In this document: piece by piece, positions 48,501-59,739 of the stretch
How positions within the stretch are numbered: the stretch's first letter is position 1
Layout: every line of letters begins with the position of its first letter
NCBI GenBank assembly: GCA_030390025.1
Contig: CM059431.1
Location: 141,424,001-141,488,000 of the forward strand
Source: Squalus acanthias
Taxonomy: Eukaryota
Direction: 5' to 3'
DNA: 64,000 nt
Program-made: the position numbers and the translations under genes
The notes under the pieces: model-generated
What the model was told of the DNA's origin: nothing
The model's input: only the letters and a program-made list of their open reading frames with translations
Databases searched by the model: none

Positions 48501-51500
48501 AGTGTAGGAACTTTGAGAGCGATAGGTTGTGAATGGACATAAGTTCCACCGTTAATGTGTCAGTTACAGGGCAGGTTATTTGATGTAGTGAGGGCACAGG
48601 GAGAGGGACAGGCATTGATTGGACTGAAGTTTCACCGTGAGTGTTTTAGGTGCTGGGCAGGTTATCTGGGGTAATTTGGGCATGGGGAGAGGGACAGACT
48701 GTGTATATAAGTAGCTCCACCGTTAGTGTGTTAGATCCAGGGCAGTTTATCGGGGTTAGTGTGTGCGCTGGGAGAGGGACAGATTGAGAATGGACAGAAG
48801 TTCCACCGTTAGTGTGTGAGGTCCTGGGCAGTTTTTCTGGGTAAGTGTGTGCACTGGGAGAGGGACAGATGGTGAATGTACAGAAGTTCCACCATTAGTG
48901 TGTCATGTCCTGGCCTGGTTATCTTGTGTAGTGTGGGCACTGGGAGCGGGACAGACTCTGAATGTACAGAAGATCCACCATTAGGGTGTGAGGTCCTGGG
49001 CAGGTTATCTGGGGTAATGTGGGCACTTGGAGAGGGACAGACTGTGCATGGACATAAGTTCCACTTTAGTGTGTTGATGTCCTGGGCAGGTTATCTGTGG
49101 TAGTGTATGCACTGGGAGAGGGATAGACTGTGAATGGACAAAAGTTCAAACTTTAGTGTGTCAGGTCCTGGGCAGGTTACCTGTGTTAGTTTGGGCACTG
49201 GGAGAGGAACAGACTGTGAATGTACAGAATTACCACCGTTAGTGTATCAGGTCCTGGGCATGTTATCTGGGATAGGGTGGACACTGGGAGAGCGACAATC
49301 TTTGAATGTACAGGAGTTCCACCGTTCATGTGTCAGACTGTGGTCAGGTTATGTGCCCTAGTGTGGGCAATGGGAGAGGGATAGACTGTGAATGTACAGA
49401 AGTTCCACCGTTAATGTATCAGTTACTGTGCAGTTTATCTGGGGAAATGTGGGCACTGGGTGAGGGCAGACTGTAAATGCACAGAAGTTCCACCGTTAGT
49501 GTGTGAGGTCCTGTGCAGTTAATCTGGGGTAGTGTGTGCACTTGTAGAGGGACAGACTGGGAAGGTATAGGATTTCTACCGTTAATGTGTCAGAACTTGG
49601 GCAGGTTATCTGGGGTCGTGTGGGCACTGGGAGAGGGACAGACTGTTAATTGGCAGAAGTTCCACCGTTCGTGTGTCATGTCCTGTGCAGGTTATCTGGG
49701 GTAGTGTGGGCACTGGGAGAGGGACAGACTGTGAATGTACAGAAGTTCCAAAGTCAGTGTATAAGGTGCTGTGCAGGTTCTGCTTAGTAGTGAGGGCACT
49801 GGGTGAGGGACAATCTGTGAATGTACAGAAGTTCTAACGTCCGTGTATCAGGTGCTGTGCAGTTTATCTAGGGCAGTGAGGGCACTGGGAGAGGGACAGA
49901 CTGTGAATGTACAGAAGTTCCACCGTTAGTGTATCAGGTCCTGGGCAGGTTATCTGGGTTTGTGTGGGCACTGGGAGAGGGACAGACTGTGAATGTACAT
50001 ATGTTCCACCGTTACTGTGTCAGTTACTGGGCAGGTTAGCTGTGGTAGTGTGGGCACTGGGAGAGGGAAAAAATGTGAATTTACGTAGGTTCCACCGATA
50101 GTGTGTTAGGTCCTGGACAGGTTATCTGGTATAGTGTGGGCACTGGGAGTGGAATAGATTGTGAATGTACAGAAGTTCCAATGTTAGTGTTTCAGGGGCT
50201 GTGCAGTTTATCTGGGTTAGTGTGTGCACTGGGAGAGGGACTGACGGTGAATGGACAGAAGTTCCACCGTTAGTGTATCAGTTACAGGGCATGTTATCTG
50301 GGGTATGGAGGGCACTGGGGGAGGGACAGACTGTGAATGTACAGAAATTCCACAATTAGCGTGTCATTTCCTGGGTAGGCTATCTGGGGCAGTGTGGGCA
50401 CTGGGAGAGGGATAGACTGTGAATATGCAGAAGTTCCACCGTTAGTTTGTCATTTCCTGGGCAGGTTATCTGGCGTAGTGTGGGCACTGGGAGAGGGAAA
50501 ACTATGAATTGACTAAGATCCACTGTTAGTGCTTAAGGCCCAGGGCAGTTTATGTGGGTAGTGTGGGCACTGCGCGAGGGGCTTAAGATTAATGTACATT
50601 AGTAGTGTGTCAGAACTTGGGCAGGTTCTCTGAGTTAATGTGTGCACACTGGAGTGGTAACGTCTGTGAATGTGCAGAAGTTCCACCGTTAGTGTGTCCG
50701 GTCCTGAGCAGGTTATCTTGTTTAGTGTGGGCACTGGGAGTGGGACAGTCTGTGAATGTACAGAAGTTCCACCGTTAGTGTGTCAGGTGCTGGGCAAGTT
50801 ATCTGTTTAGTGCGCGCACTGAGAGAGGGACAAACTGTGAATCCACAAATTTTACACTGTCAGTGTATCAGGTCCTGGGCAGGTTATCTGGGGTAATGTG
50901 TGCATAGGCAGATGGGCAGATTGTGAAGGTACATAATTTACAACGTTAGTGTGTCAGGCCCTGGACAGGTTATGTAGGGAAGTTTAGCACTGGGAGAGGG
51001 ACAGACTGTGAAAGTACAGAAGTTCCACCGTTAGTTTGTTAAGGTCCTGGGCAGGGTATCTTTGGTAGTTTGGGCACTGGGAAAGGGACAGACTGTGAAT
51101 GGACAGACGTTCCACCGTTATTGTTTGTGGTCCTGGGCATGTTAACTGGTGAACACTGGGTAAATTGAGTGGGAAAGACTGAATTTACAGAAGTGTCACC
51201 GTGAGTGTGTCAGACCTTGTGCTGTTTTACTCGGCTATTGTGGGCATGGGGAGAGGGACAGGCTGTGAATGTGCAGAAGGTCCACCGTTAGTGTATACGT
51301 TTCTGGGCTTGTTATCTGGTGTAGTGTGGTCACTGTGTGTTGGACAGATTTTGAATGTACTGAAGTTTCACCGTTATTTTGTCAGACATTGGACAGATTA
51401 TCTGATGTAGTATGGCACTGGGAGAGGGGCAGACTGTGAATGGACTGAAGTGGCACCGTTAGTGTGTCAGGTCCTGGGCAGTTTATCTGTGATAGTGTGG

Positions 51501-53545
51501 GCACTGGCAGAATGTCAGATTGGGAATGGACAGAAGTTTCACCGTTAGTGTGTCAGACCTTGGGCAGGTTGTCTGGTTTAGTGCTTGAACTGGGAGAGGG
51601 AGAGTCAGCGAATGTGCAGATGTTCCATGGTTACTGTGTCAGGTCCTGGGCAGGTTATCTGGGGTAGTGTGGGCACTGGGAGAGGGACAGCCTGTGAATG
51701 TACAGAAGTTCCACCAACTTTGTGTCAGGTCCTGGGCAGGTTATCTGGTACTGCGGGCACTCGGAGAGGGACAGACTGTGAATCCACAAATGTTACACCG
51801 TCAGTGTTTCAGATCCTGGGCAGGTTATGTAGGGAAGTTAAGCACTGGGAGAGGGACAGACTGTGAAAGTACAGAAGTTCCACGTTAGTGCGTCATGTCC
51901 TTAACAGTTTATCTGGGGCACTTTGTTACTGAGTGAGGGACTGACTGTAAATGTACAGATATTAAACCGATGGTGTTTCATGTCCTGGGCAGGTTATCAG
52001 TTGTAGTATAGGCACTGGGGGAGGGACATACTGTGAAAGTACAGAAGTTCCACCATTAGTGTGTCAGGCCTTGGGCAGGTTATCTGGGGTAGTGTGGGCA
52101 CTGGGAGAGGGACAGGCTGTAAATGTACAGAAGTTCCAACGTTAGTGTTTTAGACCCAGGGCAGGTTATCTGGTGTATTTTTCTCACTGAGGAAGGGACA
52201 GATTATGAATGTACAGAAGTACCACCCTTAGTGTGTTAAGGTCCTGGGCAGGTTATTTGGGGTAGTGTTGGCACCTGGAGAGGGACAGACTGTGAATGTA
52301 CAGGCGTTCCACCGTTAGTGTGTCAGTTCCTGGGCAGTTTATCTGGGGTAGTGTGGGCACCGGGAGAGGGACAGACTGTGCATGGACAGAAGTTCCACCG
52401 TTAGTGTGTTGAAGTCCTGGGCAGGTTATCTGGGGTAGTGTGGGCACTGGGAGAGGGACCGAGTGTAAATGTACAGTTATTCCAACGTTAGTGTATCAGG
52501 TCCTGGGCAGGTTATCTGACGTTGTGTGGACACTGGGAGAGGAACAGACTGTGAACGTACAGAAGTTCCACTGTTAGTGTGTCAGGTCCTGGGTAGGTTA
52601 TCTGACGTTGTGTGGGCACTGGGAGAGGAACAGTGCGTGAATTTACAAAAATTCCACCCTTAGTGTGTCAGGTCCTGGGCAAGTTATCTGGGGTACTGTG
52701 CGCACTAGGAGAGGGACAGACTGTAAGTGTTCAGAAATTCCAACGTTAGTGTGTCAGGTCCTGGGCAGGTTATCTGGGGTAGTGTGTGCACTTGTAGCGG
52801 GACAGACTGTGAATATATAGAAGTTTCACCGTTAGAGCGTCAGACCTTGGGCAGGTTTTCTCGGGTTGTGTGGGCACTGGGATAGATGCAGAATGTTAAT
52901 TGGCAGATATTCCACCGTTGTTGTATCAGGTCCTGTGCAAATTATCTGGGGTAGTTTGCTTTCTTGGAGAGGGACAGACTTTGACTGTACAGAACTTCCA
53001 CCGTTAGTGTGACAGGTCCTGGGCAGGTTATCTGGGTTACTGTGCGCACAGGGAGCGGGATAGTCTGTTAATGGACAAAAGTTCCACCGTTATTGTGTCA
53101 GACCTTGGGCAGGTTATCTGGGTTACTGTGCGCACTGGGAGAGGACAGACTGTGAATGGACAGAAGTTCCACCGTTAGTGTGTCAGGTTCTGGGCAGGTT
53201 ATCTAGGGTAGTGTGTGCACTGGGAGAGGCACAGACTGTGAATGTACAGAAGTTCCACCGTTAGTGTGTCAGGTTCTGGGCAGGTTATCTAGGGTAGTGT
53301 GTGCACTGGGAGAGGCACAGACTGTGAATGTACAGAAGTTCCACCGTTAGTGTGTCAGGTCCTGGGCAGGTTATCTGGGGTAGTGTGTGCACTGGGAGAG
53401 GCACAGACTGTGAATGTACAGAAGTGCCACCGTTAGTGTGTCAGGTTCTGGGCAGGTGATCTGGGGTTTAATGCGCACTGGGAGAGGTGCAGACTGTGAA
53501 TGTACAGAACTTCCGCTGTAAGTTTGTCAGGTCCTGGGCAGGTAT
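36520..53545 (+). repeat. 86-bp tandem satellite, about 190 diverged copies, intronic
   Basis: Consensus gtgtgggcactgggagagggacagactgtgaatgtacagaagttccaccgttagtgtgtcaggtcctgggcaggttatctggggta. Period confirmed at 53219, 53305 and 53391. Confidence 0.98.
46171..46876 (+). mobile_element. 5'-truncated CR1 3' end inserted in the satellite
   Basis: REVLLQLYKVLVRPHLEYC...RRNFFTQRVV plus 3' UTR and a tcttatgt tail. The satellite resumes in register. Confidence 0.93.
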
Positions 53546-54614
53546 TGTGTGCACTTCTAACCACCTATTCGCAGGAGACACGTTATTGAAATGGTGAAGG
53601 TGCCGAGAGATATATGATGATTATGTGCGTCAGGAATTAAGCAGAAGAATGTGCGTGGTGTTAGATTTGTTTTGTTTGCAAGAGACTTCGAATATTGAAT
53701 TATTCATCAGAACTTCTATCATAATTCACAAAACTAATGCAGGAATTTAAACCACAATGAACACAATTAATTAACAGAGAAAACAGACACTAAGAAGCCA
53801 GGAGTAAGAAGGGAAATCAGGATAATCTTTTTCACCGAAGGGCAATAGAGCGGGAGACCAGTTAGTAGAGACGACACTAAGGGGCAGTGTAAGTGGGGAC
53901 AAGAGACAATGGTTGTGTATCTGTGGATACACTGAGAGGAGGGGCAGGTGGGTTCCTCTCGAACAGGAACAGACGTGTTTGGACCAAAGTGGTCTTTCGT
54001 TCCCCTAAACATCCTCCTGTTTTGTTTCAGAAAATGCTAACAGTTTTTCAGTGATTTTAAACTTTGCGTTATTTTCTTCATATAACAATCTCATCTTGTA
54101 ACCGATTAGAATCAGAAATAGAACTACCGCCCACTACACATAGTATTACGTTAGGGAAGAAAAGATTGAGAGTTCATTACAACTGATACAATTATTACAC
54201 TCCATTGTTTCATTTGGATACGAGTTTCCTATAATGTCGTTTTGAAAAATACAAATATGTTTGAGGAGCAGTAAATTGGGATTCAAAATCCTCCTGAATG
54301 AAAGGACGCTTCTTTCAGTACAACACGTCTCTGTGCCTCGTTTCAATGTTTCACTGCCAGTGGGAATCGGTCCAATAAATTTCGAATCACCCACAACATG
54401 TCCTTTACCTCATGTTCCTCCTTGTTTAATGTTTGATTGTGTGAACATCTGTAGATCTTCAGATTAGATCGAACATGTTCGGCCGGTTCATGACGTGATG
54501 TACAACGGCAATACTTTACTTTTTCCAATTTCTCGACTACTGTTCCCACAGTTTGTGCTAGACTAGAAGCCCAAGGACAGAGGTAACTTCCATATCAGGT
54601 TCAGGGCCCTTCGT

Positions 54615-56075
54615 TACAGTGTATAATCATCCTGCCAGGAGTGTAAGAGGTTTCACAGTGTATCAGGATCCTGCCATATGTGTATGATGTTACACATTTA
54701 TAAGGTTCCTGCCAGGTGTGCATGGGATTTCACAGTTAATTAGGATCCTGCCAGGTGTGTATGGGGTTTCACAGTGTATCAGGAGCCTGCCAGGTGTGTG
54801 TGGGGTTTCACAGTGTATCAGGATCCTGCCAGGTGTGTATGGGGTTTCCCAGTTTATCAGGAGCCTGCCAGATGTGTATGGGGTTTCACGGTGTATCAGG
54901 ATCCTGCCAGGTGTGTATGGGGTTTCCCAGTTTATCAGGAGCCTGCCAGATGTGTATAGGGTTTCACGGTGTATCAGGATCCTGCCAGGTTTGTATGGGG
55001 TTTCACAGTGTTTCAGGATCCTGCCAGGTGTGTATGGGGTTTCCCAGTTTATCAGGATCCTGCCAGGTGTGTATGGGGTTTCACGGTGTATCAGGATCCT
55101 GCCAGGTGTGTATGGGGTTTCACAGTGTTTCAGGATCCTGCCAGGTGTGTATGGGGTTTCCCAGTTTATCAGGAGCCTGCCAGATGTGTATAGGGTTTAA
55201 CGGTGTATCAGGATCCTGCCACGTTTGTATGGGGTTTCACAGTGTTTCAGGATCCTGCCAGGTGTGTATGGGGTTTCCCAGTTTATCAGGATCCTGCCAG
55301 GTGTGTATGGGGTTTCAGTGTATTAGGATCCTGCCAGGTGTGTATGGGGTTTCACAGTGTTTCAGGATCCTGCCAGGTGTGTATGGGGTTTCACAGTGTT
55401 TGGATCCTGCCATGTGTGTTTGGGGTTTCACAGTGTATCAGGATCCTGCCAGGTGTGTATGGGGTTTCAGTGTATCAGGATCCTGCCTGGGGTGTATGGA
55501 GATTCGTAGTGTATCAGGATCCTGACACGTGTGGAAGGGGTTTCACATTGTTTGGATCCTGCCAGGTGTGTATGGGATTTCACAGTGTATCAGGATCCTG
55601 CCAGGTGTGTATGGGGTTTCACAGTGTATTAGGATCCTGCCAGGTGTGTATGGGGTTTCACAGTGTTTCAGGATCCTGCCAGGTGTGTATGGGGTTTCAC
55701 AGTGTTTGGATCCTGCCAGGTGTGTTTGGGGTTTCACAGTGTATCAGGATCCTGCGAGGTGTGTATGGGGTTTCAGTGTATCAGGATCCTGCCTGGGGTG
55801 TATGGAGATTCGCAGTGTATCAGGATCCTGACACGTGTGGAAGGGGTTTCACATTGTTTGGATCCTGCCAGGTGTGTGTGGGATTTCACAGTGTATCAGG
55901 ATCCTGCCAGGTGTGTATGGGGTTTCACAATTTATCAGGATTTTGCTAGATGTGTATGCGGATTCACAGTGCATCAGAATCCTGCCAGTTGTGTATGGAG
56001 TTTCACAGTGTATCAGGATCCTGCCAGGTGCGTCTGGGGTTTCACAGTGTATCAGGATCCTGACACATGTGTATG
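54615..56075 (+). repeat. 39-bp minisatellite (about 37 copies)
   Basis: ggatcctgccaggtgtgtatggggtttcacagtgtatca; ORFs have a 13-aa period. Confidence 0.97.
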
Positions 56076-56365
56076 GCCTTTCAGTATATCCGGTTCCGGT
56101 GATGTATGCGATGTGCTGTTGGATTTACTGGAGCTTATAAGACCTGCAAATTTAACAATAGTTCAAAAATCGGATTTAATTGTAAATTGAACCTACACAC
56201 AATTTTTGTGGATTAATCACGAATGCAAACAACGTTAAATCCTGTTTCCTTAACATTTGAACTGCTGATTGCTAGATTCTGACAACCTCTAAACAAACGG
56301 CTACTGTCAAATATTGTGATTCTCAAGTGAAATAAATGTATTGAAATCTCTGTATCGTCACATAC

Positions 56366-56431
56366 CTTTCAGGTGACTGGGTACTTCTGATAAACCTGGT
56401 GCGATGTTCATAGAATAAAATAGTTCAGAAC
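56366..56431 (-). CDS. NLR gene, 66-nt linker exon (GSELFYSMNIAPGLSEVPSHLK)
   Basis: Acceptor tttaaacag, donor AAAG|gtatgt. Phase 1/1 joins the CARD-like exon to the NACHT exon in frame. Confidence 0.75.
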
Positions 56432-56536
56432 CTGTTTAAATCAATGAACTTTCATGAAATCAGATCTGTATGGTATTAAAGTAAAATCTGCAGTGTTTGA
56501 ATCTGACATAGAATTCAGTGTGGGATTTTACCGTAC

Positions 56537-56708
56537 CAAGTTTCTGTATTTCTTTCAATATTTTGTCCAACTTTGGTAACCTGTGGCGCATTTTCACAAA
56601 GGATTCCCACATCACCCTTCGGGCCCCAGAGCCTTTCTCCATCACCAGATTTAGGAGAAGTTTGGAACTGTCTGCCCGGCTTCCCTTCTCCGCGAGCTCA
56701 GTGACTTT
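56537..56708 (-). CDS. NLR gene, death-fold/CARD-like exon (C-terminal half), KVTELAEKGSRADSSKLLLNLVMEKGSGARRVMWESFVKM...
   Basis: Acceptor ttctttacag, donor G|gtacgg, 172 nt, phase 0/1. The LLxLVxxKG motif is CARD-like. The upstream exon was not identified in this window. Confidence 0.82.
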
Positions 56709-57369
56709 CTGTAAAGAATAATAATGAATATATTGAGGAGCGGAGTGAAAGCCAAGCTCTGAGAATGAGAGGGAAAGGATCTGCTCAGTGATGGGAACTC
56801 CAAGTTGTTCTGAGCAGTGAAAAGAATCATTGGCCGGGTACTTATCCATTCTGAACATGCGATGTATATACTGGAAACAGCTTGATTCAGCCATTAACGG
56901 GAATAAAATGAGATAAAATGAAAATAGAAATCAGAAATATTGTTCTAGAAAAGCGAGGAATCACTGAGAATCCGCAATAGTTTTAATGGGATTAGTTTTC
57001 GCTTTCCTTCAGTGTCCAACATGACATCAGATTACTGATTGACAATATGATACACTTGTTTCTCACACTTACTTTTGCTGTAACACTTTGTGCTTTACTT
57101 AGAAATAAAGCATCAGCGAATCAGAACTCTAGGGACAATTCTGAAGTGAGGGAAGCAGCTAGAAACTGTGAGAAATTGCCATCGACGAATCGAAGCAAAC
57201 ACTGCTGATTTATCGGCCAGGAGAATCGACCAATAATGATAAAAATAATTAAATCGCTCCATTCATGTGTATCCTCAGTAATGAAAACGTCAGGCACAAA
57301 TACCCTCTCCCGGTGTGAAATCTCAGTAAACGGGAGCAATTATCCAGCAATGGATAGTCAGGGCTTCCA

Positions 57370-58130
57370 TCAACAACTTATATTTACATCAGCTTTTAAG
57401 AAGAAAATCGTGTTTCACAGAGGTGAAAGCATACAATGGATCCGAGACAAAGCAAGATAAATTAGCAGAGGTAGTCACAAACTGGAGGAAAGGTAAGGTT
57501 TAAGGAGCAGAGGAAGGTGGAGAGGCGGAGAGTTTCATGGCGTGAATTCCATGAGCGTGAGGCCCAAGACAACTGAACGCTCTGCCACCATTGGCGGTGT
57601 GAAGGACAGGGTGCACAAGAGGACAGAGACAGAGTAACGGAGAATTCCAGTGGCACGGGAGGTTGTAGGGCTGGAGGAGGCTACAGAGGTAGGGAAGGTC
57701 GAGGTAATTACGTTATTTATAGAGCAGCGTGAGTGATGTCTGAAGGAAACTTGGGCAGGTTGCAGGCTGCAGAATTTGGGAGTAGCTAAAGATTATAGAA
57801 GGTGCGAGGTGCAAGGCCGGCCAGGGGAGCATTGGAACAGTCGGGTATGGATGCAACAAAGACAAGGATAAGTTTTCAACAGGACATGGCCAGAGGCAGG
57901 GATGGACAATATTACAGGGATAGAAGTAGGGGATCTTTGTGATGACGAGTATATGGGACAGGGAGTCCAGCTCAATGTTGGACGCGGAGATTGCAGACAA
58001 CCTGGCTTAGTCTCCGGCAGTGGCCGAGGAGGGAGATGGACTCAAGCGACGAGGAGACGCAGCATGTGGTGGGGTAGCAGACGATGGCATTAGTCTTCCC
58101 AATGTTTAACTGGAGGAAATGGGTAGTGAC
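57370..58130 (-). mobile_element. Old L2/CR1-clade LINE 3' fragment
   Basis: The minus strand gives FLQLNIGKT-like and other degraded RT C-terminal motifs. A similar end occurs at about 26995-27250. Confidence 0.5.
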
Positions 58131-58544
58131 ATTCCACACCAAGAGCGCAGGGGCAGGTAATTTACACAGTTGTGTAGAGTTTTGGAAACTCAATTACATG
58201 AAGCAAATGCAATTCTTTGAAAAACTGTTCGGCAGATTCACTGGAAGGTTACTTGGGATGTGGAATTCCTGTTAGAGAGGGAATTGGAGAATTTAGGGCT
58301 CATGGTTCGCGAGTTGAGCGGATTACGTAAGGAGTTGATGGACGTCTTCAGTTTCTGGAAGCATATGATGAAATAGATTGTTTCCACTGTGAGGCTGAAT
58401 ACATTAATATCTGTACATGGCGGTTAGAAAGTATAATTTACTGCCACAAACTGTTGCGAAGCAAGTCGATAAATTGATATAAAAGATAATTCGATTGGTT
58501 TTGAGAAAAAAAAAGAATGTTAGAGTTCATGGAGTGAACAGATG

Positions 58545-59140
58545 GTTAGGATTAGACGAGGTGGGATATTAACGGTAATGGGTGCTGAGCAGGAGGTTGG
58601 GATTAGACTAGGTGGGATATTAACGGTAATGGGCAGTGAGCAGGAGGTTGGGATTATACTTGGTGGGATATTAACAGTAATGGGTCGTGAACAGGAGGTT
58701 GGGATTAGACTCGGTGGGATATTAACAGTAATGGGTAGTGAACAGGAGGTTGGGATTAGACTAGGTGGGATATCAAAGGTAATGGGTAGTGAGCAGGAGT
58801 TTGGGATTAGACTAGGTGGGATATTAACGGTAATGGGTAGTGAGCAGAAGGTTGGGATTAGACTAGGTGGGATATTAACGGTAATGGGTAGTGAGCAGGA
58901 GGTTGGGATTGACTAGGTGGGATAGTAACAGTAATGGGTAGTGAGCAGGAGGTTGGGATTAGACTCGGTGGGATATTAACAGTAATGGGTAGTGAGCAGA
59001 AGGTTGGGATTAGACTAGGTGGGATATTAACGGTAATGGGTAGTGAGCAGGAGGTTGGGATTGACTAGGTGGGATAGTAACAGTAATGGGTAGTGAGCAG
59101 GAGGTTGGAATTAGACTGCCTATAATATTAACGGTAACGG
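58545..59140 (+). repeat. 51-bp minisatellite (about 11-12 copies)
   Basis: ggattagactaggtgggatattaacggtaatgggtagtgagcaggaggttg; 17-aa ORF period. Confidence 0.96.
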
Positions 59141-59739
59141 CAGTGGCAGCAGCGAGAGCGGCCCTGGGTGGAGCCTGAGCGAGGACAGGGAGGAGTATAA
59201 GGAGCGGGAGAGAGAGCGAGGCCCAGACTCGCGTGCAGCTGCAGCAGCAAGGGGGAAAACACAAGGAGTGACCTCACAGGACAGCGGAAAACTGATTCAT
59301 TGTTTTTCTGTGCTATTCAGATTCGGGGCCGGTGAGTATCACTTTTTTTTTGTTCTGCTGTCTTTAAGTCTTTAACTAAGGGCTGAGGGGTACACTAAAA
59401 ACTTTAGTTAATTAATCTAATAACTAGAGGCATAGCAGGGCTCCTCAGTCCTGTGATTTGCACACCCGGTGCCATGTGGGACGTCCTGGACGCTTTGCGT
59501 AGCCTGGACGAACACATGTGCAGGAAGTGTCACCAGATACAGCAACACGAGCTCCGGGTTTCGGAGCTTGAGCGGCAGCTGGAGTCACGGCGGTGCATCC
59601 GCGAGGCTGAGAACTTCGTGGATAACATGTTTCTAGAGGTGGCCACCCCGCAGCTTAAGAGTGTGCAAGCATTGAATGAAAGGGTGACCGCCAGACAGAA
59701 GAGCAGGACCAGGCAGGTAGTGCAGGAGTCCCTGGAGTG
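59141..59739 (+). mobile_element. CR1 5' UTR and ORF1 N-terminal fragment, cut by an opposite-strand CR1
   Basis: C..C-like/AMWDV...CRKC and RVSELERQLE are homologous to the ORF1 start at 63740. Confidence 0.75.

Noticed and set aside
36520..53545. CRISPR-like array or repeat-protein gene suggested by dozens of short ORFs
   Set aside because: Contiguous monomers with no unique spacers and no cas genes in a vertebrate context. The 86-bp unit is not 3n and the ORFs are translation artefacts.
54411..54460. Additional small NLR exon on the minus strand (acceptor-like ctgaag/ctacag and GAG|gtaaag donor)
   Set aside because: Both candidate acceptors give a stop codon in the required phase-1 frame.
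54718..56190. Cys-rich repeat ORFs resembling keratin-associated or metallothionein proteins
   Set aside because: Translations of the 39-bp minisatellite, open in several frames with frame-breaking variant units and no gene structure.
58542..58916. 124-aa repeat protein ORF
   Set aside because: Translation of a 51-bp minisatellite whose frame breaks in later units; no splice or promoter evidence.
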